This document shows positions 1 to 11,963 of a DNA stretch of 64,000 nt, one piece after another. Origin of the DNA: Gekko japonicus (Eukaryota); assembly GCF_001447785.1 (NCBI RefSeq), contig NW_015170912.1, positions 186,001 through 250,000 of the forward strand. Reading direction: 5' to 3'. A program made the position numbers and the translations under genes. Under the pieces are notes generated by a model that did no database searches, was not told the origin of the DNA, and saw only the letters and a program-made list of their open reading frames with translations. The stretch's first letter is position 1. Each line of letters starts with the position of its first letter.

Positions 1-894
1 GCATCAGTGTAGGCCTCAAAAGCTTTCTGAAATTTGGGTGCAGCCGAGATGGGTTGAATTGTGAGGCAGTTTTAGGCTGCATTCAGACGGGCAGCTAATC
101 CCGCCATTGGCCCGGCTCTAATTTGATCCAATCTTTTTAATCCAGTATTGCATGACCAGACAGTTCCCCCGTGAATCCCCTTACCACGCGCGGACTCTGT
201 GGTGGACTGTCTAGACAGCGTCCACCCGAAGGAGCCGCGCGGTCGGGTTTTTAAAAAAATACTGTCTGCGCATGCGCATCTGAGCCTCAACGTGTACTTG
301 TCTTTCCACGCATGCACGGAATTGAATGGTTAAAGCACCGCCAGTGGTACCTCCCTCTAGGTACCATTTCATTTAACACAGTTCATAAATTTCATGGGCC
401 ATTCAGAAACATGAAATTGTCCGGACCGTTTGAGCAGAGCTCTGTGGCTGTCGTGCGTTTATGCGCGTATCGCTAAGAATTTTTTAAATAGCAGCCGTTC
501 GGGATGGTCTGGAGTCAGACCATCCTGATGGGAGGATTGTGCACTGGAATGATCAGACAGGGGAAAGTCTGCCATTGGCCTGTCGGCAAGCATTAGCCCC
601 AGACTTACTTACTTACTTTATTTATTTATTTATTTGTTTTTTACCCCACCCTCCCAGCAAGGCCTGCTCAGGGCGGCTTACACAACAGTATAAAAATACA
701 ATATAATAATACAGTATACAAAATAAAATCCAATCACTTTCACTGGTATCTTTAAAGTACAGTTCCCTAGCGGGGCTGAACAGGCTGAACACGGAAGCAG
801 CACCTTTCCCAGATGTTGCTGTCTGGTCGTTCCCTTTAGATCCGCCAGGCACTTGTGCCTGGGGTGGATCTAAAGACCCGTCTGATCGCGACCT

Positions 895-1170
895 CAGTTT
901 ATCAAATGCTTCCTGGGAAGCTGCTGTCCAGTCTACATTTTCAAGCAGTCTTTTTATAGAGGTCTCTGAGGGGCGCAAGCTCCCAAAAGGATTGGGCCTG
1001 TTGATGGGTTTCTAGGCCATTGAAAAATAGCTTCTAACTTTGCATGGTTAGGCTTAGTGTGGTCTCTTCCAACCTTGTGTCCCAAATAAACCACCTCCCC
1101 TTGTCCAAAATGGCACTTTGGGGCTTTGACTGAGCCCAACCTTATGGATGTATTCCAAAACAATACTCAC
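895..1170 (-). mobile_element. Degenerate Gypsy RT/connection-domain remnant
   Basis: Broken translation KAPKCHFGQGEVVYLGHKVG...KLEAIFQWP...LGAC / VDWTAASQEAFDKL parallels the pol at 12.8-15 kb (KPSKCQ..VIYLGHQIG..AIVNWP..LGAC..WSSECQRAFELL). Confidence 0.7.
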
Positions 1171-1182
1171 CTGTAACAGGTG

Positions 1183-1390
1183 TAGGGTTGCCAATATCCA
1201 GGTGGTGGCTAGAGATCTCCTGGGATTACAACTGATCTCCAGATGACACAAATCAATTCACCTGGAGAAAATGGCTGTTTTGGAAGATGACTGTATGGCA
1301 TTATGCCTCATTGAAGCCCCTCCCCTCCCCAAACCCTGCCCTCCTCAACTCCACCCCCCCCAAAAAAAAAACCAAGGCTGGCAAACCTAT
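1183..1390. mobile_element. Non-autonomous hAT-like element (TAGGGTTGCCA terminus family)
   Basis: TAGGGTTGCCA...TGGCAAACCTA ends; same family as the copies at 17.2, 27.5, 35.3, 46.6 and 57.9 kb. Confidence 0.6.
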
Positions 1391-1456
1391 CCTGGTGTTG
1401 TTCCCAAGTTGAACTATAAAGTTCTATGATATAATGAGTTCTAAAAAACAGTCTTG

Positions 1457-1604
1457 GGCCCCGGTCACACGGAGCATTAGGCACGCTAGACAGACGGAAG
1501 ATTTTCCGGGCACGATCTCACCGCCACATCTGGGAAGCGTAGAGCTCCCGTGGCGAACCCGAGGCTTCCCGCGGAAGATGCGCAGTAAAAAACTAGTACC
1601 TCCA
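1457..1604. mobile_element. Left half of a Harbinger-like MITE (same family as 20264-20640)
   Basis: GGCCCCGGTCACACGG terminus; the sequence parallels 20264-20420 up to the central CTAGTACCTCCA. Confidence 0.6.
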
Positions 1605-2142
1605 GAAGGTGGGTAGGGCTGAGTCATTGTCAACACTTTCAATTACCATGTCAGATTACACAGGGAAGCCACTGAAATTCACAAACATAAACATAATTTC
1701 AACAGGGAAGAAGAGAGTTTAAAAATAAATAGGACATGGCTTCCTGTCCTGAAAAACACAAAAGGCTCTACATCAGACAATAGCACTACAGATAAGATTA
1801 GAATTTCAAACAACCTCCTCAGGAAGCAGGAAACCTCCTCAGGAAACAAAAGAACCTCCTCAGGAAAGCTCATCCATTAGAATGTCCATAGCCTGGGGAA
1901 CTCCTACAAGACAATGACTCAGCCCTACCCACCTTCTGGAGTAGATATAAATTTACTGCCTACCATTTTCTTCTCACCTTGACACAGAGAGTACTCCATC
2001 TTTCTGTGTTATACCTCTGAGGATGCCAGTCACAGTTACTGGTGAAATGTCAGGTTCTACAATGCCAAGACCACGGCCACACATCCCAGAAAATCTACAG
2101 CAACTAATGAACTCCAGTCGTGAAAGCCTTCGATAACTTATA
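1600..2142 (+). mobile_element. Penelope-like element 3' fragment (GIY-YIG C-terminus plus pLTR)
   Basis: Translation NYHVRLHREATEIHKHKHNFNREEESLKINRTWLPVL; hammerhead motif at 2013-2055; 32-bp inverted copy 1600-1631 / 1910-1941; three AACCTCCTCAGGAA units at 1812-1866. Confidence 0.75.
2013..2055 (+). ncRNA. Minimal type I hammerhead ribozyme motif (Penelope-associated)
   Basis: ACCT-CTGAGGA-T-GCCAGT[cacagtt]ACTGGT-GAAA-TGTC-AGGT: stem I ACCT/AGGT, 6-bp stem II with one G-U, core boxes CUGANGA and GAAA, GUC cleavage triplet. Confidence 0.65.
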
Positions 2143-2172
2143 TTAATATTGTTTGAACACACAAACACACCT

Positions 2173-2300
2173 AGCTGCCTTATATTGAATCAGTCCATCA
2201 AGGTCGATATTGTCTATTCAGACTGGCAGAGGCTCTCCAGAATCTCTCACAGAGGGTTTTTTTCTCATCACCTACCACCTGATCTTTTTTTTTAAGCTGG
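2173..2300 (-). mobile_element. 3' part of a tRNA-derived SINE with CR1-like tail
   Basis: AGCTGCCTTATATTGAATCAG...CAGACTGGCAG, shared with the copies at 52233-52620. Confidence 0.55.
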
Positions 2301-2389
2301 CGACAGAGACCCTCTTTACCCTACTTGAAGTGTAGTTTCTTGGTATACCAGAGGGGGCGAGAGAGTATTCTTCTCTACCTGGAAAGAAA

Positions 2390-3157
2390 CGTAAAATCAG
2401 GGGTGGCGAACACGCGGCTCTAGAGCCGCATGCGGCTCCCGGCCAAAATGCATGCGGCCCCGGGGCCTGCCAGCGATATCCACGCCCGAGCCGAGCTGGG
2501 CGAGAGAGGAGGGGGCGGGCTGCTGGGGCTCGCGCTCGCGCTGGTGAAACTGACTGTGTGAGTGAGTGCGCGCTCGCACGCGCGTCGATCCATGCTGCTT
2601 CTAACGGTCTCCTTTCAAGCCGTGGGGTGGAAGAGCAGCGGCGGCAGCTCTGAGCGGCCGCTGAAAACAGGCCTGGCCCCAGGCGCTTTCCCTAGCTGAG
2701 GAAGCCGGCGAGGGGGTCTTCGGGCGCGTGAGGGGTGGAAAGGGCGGGCTACCGTGGGGATTTTTGAATGCCGCTGGCCTCCCCTTTCTCTGTTTCCTCT
2801 CCTTCCTTCCTCTTTCTCTCACTTTTCCTTTTCCTATCTGTTTTCTCTCTATCACTGTCTCCCTCCCTCCCTTCCCTTTTTGTTTTTCTTTCTTTCGCTG
2901 TCTTTTCTCTCTCCTCCCTCCCCTTCTCTCACTTTCTTCCCCCTTTCCTGTTTTCTCTCTTTCTCCTCTCTTTAATCCCTTTGTCTGTTTTCCCCCCTTT
3001 CTCTCTCCGCTTCCCAAACTTTCTTCTCTTTTCTCCCCCGCCCCGCCCCGCCCTGCCCTGCCCTTCCCTCTCCGCTTTCCATGCGGCCCCCCCCATGCCC
3101 TGGGCTGCGCTCCCCTCCCACGGCCGCCCCCTCCTGAGCATCTGCGCTTCGTCAGCC
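2390..3157. promoter_or_regulatory. CpG island followed by a CT-rich low-complexity tract, abutting an assembly gap
   Basis: High CpG density at 2400-2750 and 3040-3157, GC boxes, pyrimidine tract 2780-3035. The ORFs here are low-complexity. Confidence 0.5.
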
Positions 3158-3675
3158 NNNNNNNNNNNNNNNNNNNNNNNNNNNNNNNNNNNNNNNNNNN
3201 NNNNNNNNNNNNNNNNNNNNNNNNNNNNNNNNNNNNNNNNNNNNNNNNNNNNNNNNNNNNNNNNNNNNNNNNNNNNNNNNNNNNNNNNNNNNNNNNNNNN
3301 NNNNNNNNNNNNNNNNNNNNNNNNNNNNNNNNNNNNNNNNNNNNNNNNNNNNNNNNNNNNNNNNNNNNNNNNNNNNNNNNNNNNNNNNNNNNNNNNNNNN
3401 NNNNNNNNNNNNNNNNNNNNNNNNNNNNNNNNNNNNNNNNNNNNNNNNNNNNNNNNNNNNNNNNNNNNNNNNNNNNNNNNNNNNNNNNNNNNNNNNNNNN
3501 NNNNNNNNNNNNNNNNNNNNNNNNNNNNNNNNNNNNNNNNNNNNNNNNNNNNNNNNNNNNNNNNNNNNNNNNNNNNNNNNNNNNNNNNNNNNNNNNNNNN
3601 NNNNNNNNNNNNNNNNNNNNNNNNNNNNNNNNNNNNNNNNNNNNNNNNNNNNNNNNNNNNNNNNNNNNNNNNNNN
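3158..3675. other. Assembly gap
   Basis: N run. Confidence 1.
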
Positions 3676-3930
3676 CAAGCCTGGCACCAGCCCTGCCTGT
3701 CAGCCTTCCCTTATTTTAAAATGCCTCGCCCTCTTTCTCTAGTTTTGCATTATGCAGCCATGGACTTTCATCCAGAACAAAACATGTGCCTGTGAGAAGA
3801 ATGGGGGGACAGGCCTGTAACTTGAGTGCAGGGGGGAACTCAGCTGGGGTCCAGAAAGACAAGCAGGCAAGAAGACTCTGTTTAATTAAGGAAGCTGCTG
3901 ACAGCCTGCAAGCCCTGGACTGACGATAAG

Positions 3931-4114
3931 CAATGCTCCCTCTAAGCTGCGAAGTCCTGTGAGCAAAAATTCTCCTTTGTGAGCAGGTGATTTGGCTGCT
4001 GCATAAATTAGTGTGCTCTGGAGCCCTCCTGCCTGAGCTAAGACAAAAAGCTGTGAGCCAGAGGCTAAAAAACTGTGACCTAACTCAGACTATCTCAGCT
4101 TAGAGGGAACACTG
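3931..4114. mobile_element. hAT-like MITE (CAGTGTTCCCTCTAAG TIR family)
   Basis: CAATGCTCCCTCTAAGCTG...CAGCTTAGAGGGAACACTG termini. Confidence 0.7.
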
Positions 4115-4127
4115 ACAATACAGACAT

Positions 4128-4357
4128 CAGAAGAGCCCTGCTGGATCAGACTAGTGAGGGTCTGTCTAGTCCAGCATAATTTCTCACACAGTGGCCAACC
4201 AGTTCACCTGGAGGTCCAATAACAGGGCAGAGAGGCCAAGGCCTTCCCCTGATGTTGCCTCCTGGCTCTGGGATTCAGAGGATTGGTGCTTCTGAATGTG
4301 GAGGTTCCCCTCAGTCACCATGGCTAGTAGTCACTGATAAATCTCTATGAATCTGTC
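4128..4357 (-). mobile_element. CR1 LINE 3' end fragment
   Basis: AGAAGAGCCCTGCTGGATCAGAC...TCTAGTCCAGCAT matches the CR1 3' UTR in reverse. Confidence 0.65.
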
Positions 4358-5707
4358 CAGGGCTTTTTTTGTAGAAAAAGCCCAGCAGGAACTTTCTGAA
4401 TTGTTGCATCAGGGGCGGCGTGTTTCCAGGAGTGTAGCCTTAGGACCGGGCTGTTGCCCAGTAGTTTCTCTGAAATTAAGCGCTGTTGAACTGGATGAAA
4501 TGGTTTTTTCCCCCCCTAGGGATAGGCTGCATCCAGGATGTGGGGTACAGTTGCCAGCTGTGGGGTACAGTTGTGAGTGTTTGTCTGTTTTGGCAGGTCA
4601 CTGCGTGGTGTGGCTCTCTGACTCTCACAGTTTAAAATTTTGGCTCTTTTTGTCGAACTTGTTCGCCACCCCTGCGTAAAATAGTTGAATAAAGTTGTTA
4701 TTTAGTTGCTGAGATCTTGTGGTTCAGACTTGTTTGTGAGATACTGAATACTGCTATGACTAAAAGCACACACTAACTTCCCCACACCTTTCTGCCCCAG
4801 ATTGTAATACACTGTGTTTCTTTCTCCCACTCAAAATGAACAGCCAACAACACAATCTGAGGGGAGTTTCTTTGGCAACAGACCTGCCCCATTTGTTTCT
4901 TTTAAACGGGTTTCCATCTATTTTGCACAAAAGGTTCAGATTTCTATCACCTGGCCTTTAAATATGGGCTCACTTGCAGCTCACAATATGGATCCCTTTT
5001 TGATAGGTTATGCACAGACATATACTAGCTGGAACATAAATATCTGCTAATACTAAGGTCAAATGATTTGGCATGAGTAAAGACAGACTCCCAACAGGAG
5101 TACTTTTTATAGACACACTATATTTGGAGACAAAGTCGGCAGGCTGACGTTGATGTCATTCAAATTACTTTTTAGGAAACCAACCACAGGAAATATATTC
5201 CCTATTGTTCAAAAGCCCAGATTTACAGTTTGCATTTTTCCAGAGTGGCTTGAAAGAAACAACCTGGCAAAGGTGCTATCATACCTATGTATTTTGGAAA
5301 AATATTCTAAGGCTGAGCCCTGTACGCCTTTCCTTTTCTGCAAGCCCATCTGGACTTATTTCTGAGTAAATATGAGAAGATCAGGCTACACATTGAACAA
5401 AACTTTTTCCATCAACAGAAAAATCATTTCAGCACAGAGGAAAAGAATATTTGACACATTCTGCTCAACTGAATTCATTTGTACAGAAATGTGTAACCCG
5501 AACTCTTTTTTAAAAGCCATGAGAAACATGAATAGATAATGCACGACACCTTCCTATTCTAACATGATAGCAATTTGACTGTAATGTTAAACTTTATTAT
5601 AACCTGCCAACTAAAAGAATTCCATAGGCAACATATTGCTGAAGAGGTTACAGAGGAAGCATTGCGCCCCCTGCAGCCTTAGAAAAGAAATGTATTTTTT
5701 CAGATTA

Positions 5708-5940
5708 AAAGGTAAAGGTAAAGGTTCCCTTGCTCGAAAGCCAGTCGAATCCGACTCTAGGGTTGCAGTGCTCATCTCCATTTCAAAGCCGAAGAGCCAG
5801 CGCTGTCTGAAGACATTTCCGTGGTCATGTGGCCAGCATGACTAAACACCAAGGCGCACGGAACGCTGTTACCTTCCCACTGAAGTGGTACCTATTTATC
5901 TACTTGCAATTTCTTGCTTTCGAACTGCTAGGTTGGCAGG
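5708..5940 (-). mobile_element. Sauria SINE, 5'-truncated
   Basis: (AAAGGT)n tail and Sauria SINE body; AGATTA direct repeats on both sides. Confidence 0.85.
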
Positions 5941-7482
5941 AGATTACTTCATCATAAATACAAAATAGTTAAGTGTCTTTAAAATTATTTCACTTTATCT
6001 TGATAAAATTATATTCCTTTTACAGATCTGTACAATAAGACTAGAAATGCACCTCATATACAATAAGATTATAAGCTTGGATCCACTGGGCCATTTCCAT
6101 GGATGGAATGATTTTTGACAGCAGAGCACAAATTTTTCATTCAAGGGGCATTTTGTGCTTCAGTAAGAGGGGGGAGGTGAGAAAGTCACACTCTATGGGG
6201 AATTGTTCTGCCCACAAAATACTCTGGCGAATCCAAACCTCTGCCTACAAGGGACCCAGAGTATATGTTCTAATAGTTCTGTCTTCCCGCCCCCCCCAAC
6301 CACATATAGGTTATCCAAAGTTGATAAGTTAACGCAGTTCGGTAGAAAATACATTAAACATGTACCAATACAGATGGATGCTGACTTTTGTTTTAGAGTA
6401 GAGACTCAATGCCCAGGGTTCCCCCCCGGAATTTCTAGGAGAAACCACATATTGAAAGGGTGCTACTAAATCCTTGCCTGTACCTGGTAATAGAATAGAT
6501 ATTGTAATTGTAGAGAGAATGGACAGGAAAGAACATTTGGCCCTTTATTAACAAGGAAAAGACTGCACAGATAGCATCATCTGGCTTTCTGTTCAGGCCT
6601 GACTTTCTAACCCAGGGCTTCAACTGCTGTGACTGGGTGTCAAGTGATATGTCACTCTGTCAGATCACACAGAGAGGCAGTGGCTCTTCCCGGATTAGGA
6701 CTCTGCCACATGGCCCCTGTGAAAAGATTTCTAAGAAGTGTCAGCACTGACTGTCCACTACTTAAACCTTATGCTAAAAGGTCTTAGACATCTCAGTCAA
6801 AAGGTATTGTTGTAAATACGGGGACAAAGCTGGTAAATTCTGGCCAGTGGGATTTTAATGGAGGTGAGCTGGTCTCAGATAAATAAATGGGTCGACTAAA
6901 GCTCTTCCATGGAAATATGACAGCCATTCCATACTGCTCCTTAAATACTAAAATATGGGGAGGAAATCTTAGTTGGCTAATGAGGTCAAATATGTCACTG
7001 CTCCTGTGCAGTATTGCCTTTCAAAGTAAGTGCTTCTGATGTTCTATTAAAAACAAGTATCTCTCAACAGTTAGAATACTTATTGGCCTGTGATTCCTTT
7101 TTTAAATATAGCAATGGAACCTTCCTATTGTATTTTACATCCCCCTGAATTTACTACTGGTTTGATAAGGGATATGAAATTATTCTAGTGTCTTGTAGAA
7201 ACTGCACGTCCAAAGCTACTGAAGTGCGTAAGAGAGACTGTGCTGTAAATCCAGAAGTCTGTGGTTCAGATCTGATCCCTGCCATGAATTCACTAAGTAA
7301 TTTTAAGTGAGACACTCCCACCCCACCCTCAGACAAAACATCTGCAATGTGGGGATGTTGCTGGCACCGTTGTACAGATTACTGAAACAGTGGTTTGGAT
7401 CTTGCCTAAAAGTTCTGTACCTAACCTAAATGGGGGATTTCCACCAATTCCCCTTCCCACAGTTCTCCAACTCCATCCAAAC

Positions 7483-7909
7483 CAGAGGTCATTTCGGGGG
7501 GGATCGCGGGGGATCGCAGTTCCCCCGGGTGAGGTACGGGGGGCAGGGCACATGACGAAGCCCCGCCCCCTGCTTCCGGCTGCCCCGCTTCCGGCCCTCA
7601 TTCAGCCAGGAGGAGGCAGGAGAAGAGGGAGGGTAAGTTGCTTCCTCCCTGCCTCTCCCCACCCCTGCCTGCCTGGGACCAGGGAGGGCCTTTGCGGGGC
7701 TTCCTTGCACTCCTGCCGGCCTTGCAGGTCCACCGCCGGGCCCCTCATGGAGCTCGGCAATGGAGCTGCAAGGCCGGCGGCGGCCGGGACAGTTGGGGGC
7801 GGGGTGTGTGGCCTTATGACACTCTTCCGGTGATGTCAGGGGGTGTGGCATATGCTAATGAGTTATGCTAATGAGTTCCCTTAGCTCTTTTTCTACGAAA
7901 CGACCCCTG
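7483..7909 (-). mobile_element. hAT MITE with 8-bp TSD
   Basis: Imperfect TIRs CAGAGGTCATTTCG / CGAAACGACCCCTG; TSD ATCCAAAC on both sides; highly similar inverted copy at 50970-51376. Confidence 0.85.
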
Positions 7910-8299
7910 ATCCAAACTATTCCTGCGGGTTTCTTGTCCCCCAGGACCGACATTTCAGGGAAATTTGGGGCTGCAGTAGGAGAGGGAGGGGAAGTCATGC
8001 TGCAGAATGAAATTCTTTTCATCTACAGAAATTTTAGGTGGGCAGGACCCAGGCGATTGTAACAAATGGAACGCTTGGATAGTGTGGGTTGGCAACTAGT
8101 TTTTACAAAGGGGCATGATTTGATTTGAAAAAAGGGGCGAGGACCAGCATATTTTATTCCTGCAGGGTGTTGTACAGTTGATGTCTCCCAACAAGGCTCC
8201 AGTACTGGAAGTGGGCCTAGTAGAGAGAAAAGCACACCGGGGGGGGGGGGACCTTACAAAGGGTAAAACCCACAGGCAGAGCCAGGATAGAGCATACCT

Positions 8300-8578
8300 C
8301 CCAGTTTGGTGTAGTGGTTAAGTGCGCGGACTCTACTCTGGGAGAACCGGGTTTGATTCCCCACTCCTCCACTTGCACCTGGCTGGATGACCTTGGGCAA
8401 GCCGTAGTTCTGATAAGAGCTGTTCTTGAATAAGAGCAGTTTCTGTCAGAGCTCTCTCAGCCTCACCTACCTCACAGGGTGTCTGTTGTGAGGAGGGGAA
8501 GGGAAAGGAGTTTGTAAGCCGCTCTGAGACACCTTTGGGTAGTGAAGGGCAGGGTATAAATCCAATCTCTTCTTCTTC
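8300..8578 (+). mobile_element. tRNA-derived SINE (Squam3-like)
   Basis: A-box-like TGGTGTAGTGG, B-box-like GGTTTGATTCC, (TTC)n tail; nearly identical to 53318-53601. Confidence 0.8.
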
Positions 8579-8830
8579 CCACACCTACACAGCCCTTTGG
8601 TTCATTAAACTGAAGTCTGTATGGGGGAAGAGCCTATTTTTCTATCCACATTGGGTAGAAAAGAGTCAGAGAGCCTTTTGTTTGCATCTGAGGGCCAAAG
8701 AAAATCAAGTCAGGTATACAGTAGTGAAGGGATCTCTGGGATTAGTGCATATTCTGGCAGCCAAACAGGGAACCTAAAGAGGCAGAGGAAGCCCTCAGAT
8801 CTTCACCAACTCTACAGAGCTATATAAATT

Positions 8831-9104
8831 TGTTGTGTATGCTGGCCGCCACCGGGGGCCAGCGTTCTACCTGAGCTTGAGTTCTAAGGGACAATAGGGA
8901 CTAGGCTCCTAGTCCCTCCACTGGGGAACCAATGGGAACCATGGCGGGAGATTCAAACCCACCAATGGTGACCAGGGGTGTGTCCCCAGGTGTGTATATA
9001 GTTGGCCTGCCGGCCGTTTGTCTGCATGTTCAGTCTGTACTAATAAAGTGTGCTATGCACCACGTCGTAGTATGTCGTTCCTCCATGCGGCAACCCACTA
9101 CACA
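8831..9104 (+). mobile_element. Probable solo LTR
   Basis: TGTTGTG...CACTACA(CA) ends, TATA at ~8995, AATAAA at 9042. No clean TSD. Confidence 0.45.
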
Positions 9105-9475
9105 ATAAAATTCATCATATTCTCTGCCACTATGATCCATGAAATCTATCCTTGATGACAAAGAATTTGCTAAATTAGGTCTGGGCAAAATGCACCAGCC
9201 TGTTGGTGAGTCCAAATGTGAGATTCATTATATGGCACTACAAGCAGAAATCAAATCCTCTTCAGAAAGACTCCATCCATGTCTCTGATGATTCCAGTAG
9301 TACAGACGGATAGGTCAAATTTTATTAAATATAGAAAAAGTTATGCTTGAAGGGCTTCACCATGAGTTTAACAAGCTCATAAAACTGAGGCGTTCCTCAC
9401 TGTTTGTTTCATTTCACTTTCAGGTACCAGTTTGGAATCCCCCTTTTGGTCTGTATGTTTAATGGTACAATTCTT

Positions 9476-10229
9476 TTTTTTTTTATAACTTTATTTTCAT
9501 TTTCATAAAATACAACAATCCACAATCCATACGTCTTTCTTATTGCTATGGAGCCCTATCCACGTGCATTAATCCAATCCTGTATGTTTAATGGTACAAT
9601 TCTTTTTTTTTTTATAACTTTATTTTCATTTTCATAAAATACAACAATCCACAATCCATACGTCTTTCTTATTAAGGAGCCCTATCCACGTGCATTAATC
9701 CAATCATATATGAAGGATAAGGCTTAATTTGTCCATCTCTGCCAAATCAAGTATTTTATGTATTAATTCTTCTTGTTTAGGGATATACTCTTGATTCCAA
9801 AACCTAGCTAACAGCATTCTTGCAAAAGTGAGTATATATATGATCATATATTTATCTTTTAACTTGTAATTAACCGGCAACATATTCAATAGTACAATTT
9901 TCGGAGTCAGATCAATTTTAACACTAGTTATTCCCAAGATTATTCTTTGTATCATCTTCCAATAGTCCTGTACTTTTGTACATCGCCACCACATATGAAA
10001 GAAAGTACCGACATTATTATTGCATTTCCAGCAGTTTCTGGGGAGAGACGGGTTACATTTAGCTAACCTTTCTGGAGACCAGTACCATCTGTGGTATACT
10101 TTATATATATTTTCCTTATAATTCGTACTTCTTGTGTAGTTTAACGCTTTCCAGGTTTTTTTCCAGCCTTCTACCGTTATGTTATGCCCAATATCTTTTA
10201 CCCAGCTTTCCATTACCTTATTAGGGTAA
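9476..10229 (-). mobile_element. 5'-truncated L1 (ORF2 C-terminal cysteine-rich domain) with duplicated 3' junction
   Basis: ORF HRWYWSPERL...CWKCNNNVGTFFHMWWRC; polyA (T run); 16-bp TSD TAATGGTACAATTCTT at 9460, 9589 and 10230. Confidence 0.85.
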
Positions 10230-11029
10230 TAATGGTACAATTCTTATTGTTTTTGGTTGTATAACTACAGGGGTGATGTTTAAAGATATATCAAAGACCA
10301 CATCTGATTTTTCTTGTTGCACCTATATCCATGCTTTTTCATGAAAAGGATAGTCACATCAACTGGTGCTCAAATACACTACAATATTTGCAGTTTCATC
10401 TTTTGTATTCAATTTAATCTCTCATCTTTTTTATCACAGACAAAATGTCTGTGAAGGTACTAGAAATCTTGAATCCCATATCTCTTTGCTCCTCTTCAAA
10501 ACCCAAAATGATGCTTCCTTTGTACCTACTGGATACTTCCATAACAATTTTGTAACAAGTTTTTATAGCACCACAATGACAACAATTTTTATTTTTGATT
10601 GATCGTGACAAGCAACGGCACAACTCTTTTCTCCAGTTATTTTAATGCCTTTAGTTTTCAGGATGTGTACAAAAAAACTTGAACTTTTAGAGCAAATTGA
10701 CCTTTTTTAAAAAAAATAAGTCCTGAGTCTTTTTTTATAAGTTTATTTGTACGTTTTCCAGAAGTCCTGAGTCTTGATGGTGTCCCTAAAGCTCATATAT
10801 GAAATTGTTTCTCCTTTAACTAAAACATGTGACTGTTTCTCTAAAATCAGGTTTCTTACCAGAAGATTCAAATGCTGCCAAATATAAAGATTACTTTTAA
10901 AAAGAGATCTATAAGGAATTCAGGAAGTCACAGACAAATCAACCCAGTTTCTGCAATAGATAACACATATGGAATGCAAAAAGGGGTGTGTGTGTTAAGG
11001 TTAATGTTAAAGAGCTCCACCAACACCAA

Positions 11030-11420
11030 ATAGCATTAATGTTGTTTAATGCTCATAAATGTATTGAATCAGGGCTGAACAATAAGGTATGCAAGTTTGC
11101 TGATAATACCAAATCAGTCAGGATAGTAAAATCTAAAACGAATTGTGAGGACCAAAAGGGTGACTGGTCAGTGCAGATACAAATGTGATGGAATATAAGT
11201 AAGACCAAAACAAATCTCTTGTTCTCTTTCTTGTGTGTATGTCCATGTTCATGTGTGCATGCACAACTGCACATATTAAATTTGTTCTAGGTTGGTTGTT
11301 AACTACAAAGGAAAAAGATCTTGCGGGCGTAGTGAAAATCTCACTGAAGACATTAAGTCTACTGTTATTTTTTTGTAAGGCAATTAGGAATGACTAGGAA
11401 AGAGGCTCAGAATAAAACAA
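11030..11420 (+). mobile_element. Old CR1 ORF2 fragment
   Basis: LFN...ESGLNNKVCKFADNTK (RT FADD motif) and a GAAAAAGATCTTG..GT CR1 motif. Confidence 0.55.
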
Positions 11421-11774
11421 TAGCATAATATTATATTATCATATATTCTAACAGCTAACTTTACCCCAATCTGCAGATAGTTAAATCCAAAGAACAAGGC
11501 CAGATGAAGAGAAAGGATGTTTTTCTACAAACCTGGGGGAACCACTAGGTTTGCAAGGGGAAAAGACCTACCAAAAATTGATAGGAGGCTTTCAATCCCC
11601 CTGCAAAAATACTCTCAGCACCTCACAGAACTGCTATTGGGCTGAGGTGGTGAGGCAGAAACACCGAGGGTGAAAGAGCAGGCAGGGTGGTGGTGGAGAG
11701 AAATGCCACCACCAGCACCACCACCACGAGCCTAACCATCAGTTTCTCTCCTCACCAGCCTCTGAAACACCCTC

Positions 11775-11775
<1 letters not shown>

Positions 11776-11813
<38 letters not shown>
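11776..11813. repeat. (CTG)12 microsatellite
   Basis: Perfect trinucleotide run. Confidence 0.95.
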
Positions 11814-11814
<1 letters not shown>

Positions 11815-11963
11815 GTGCTGGGTGCTGGGCAGCCTTGTCCCATTGCTGGGTTGCAAGAGAATGGTACAGGCTCCTGCGAGAAATCAGATGGCAACAGGAC
11901 TGTCTGGAGGTGAAGTCTCCTCTCCTGCATCCTTACCCACTCCAGAGGGTCCTGTGAGGCCGC

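Noticed and set aside
2601-3795. Long ORFs of 138-355 aa
   Set aside because: Produced by a CT/GA-rich low-complexity tract and an N gap; no domain motifs.
4430-4750. Possible LTR fragment (AATAAA at 4688; 15-bp duplication at 4539-4574); similar case at ~17990-18750
   Set aside because: I could not define TG...CA termini or a TSD.
8300-8380. tRNA-like sequences (also at 32019, 46954, 53318)
   Set aside because: SINE heads with SINE bodies and tails, some with TSDs; not tRNA genes.
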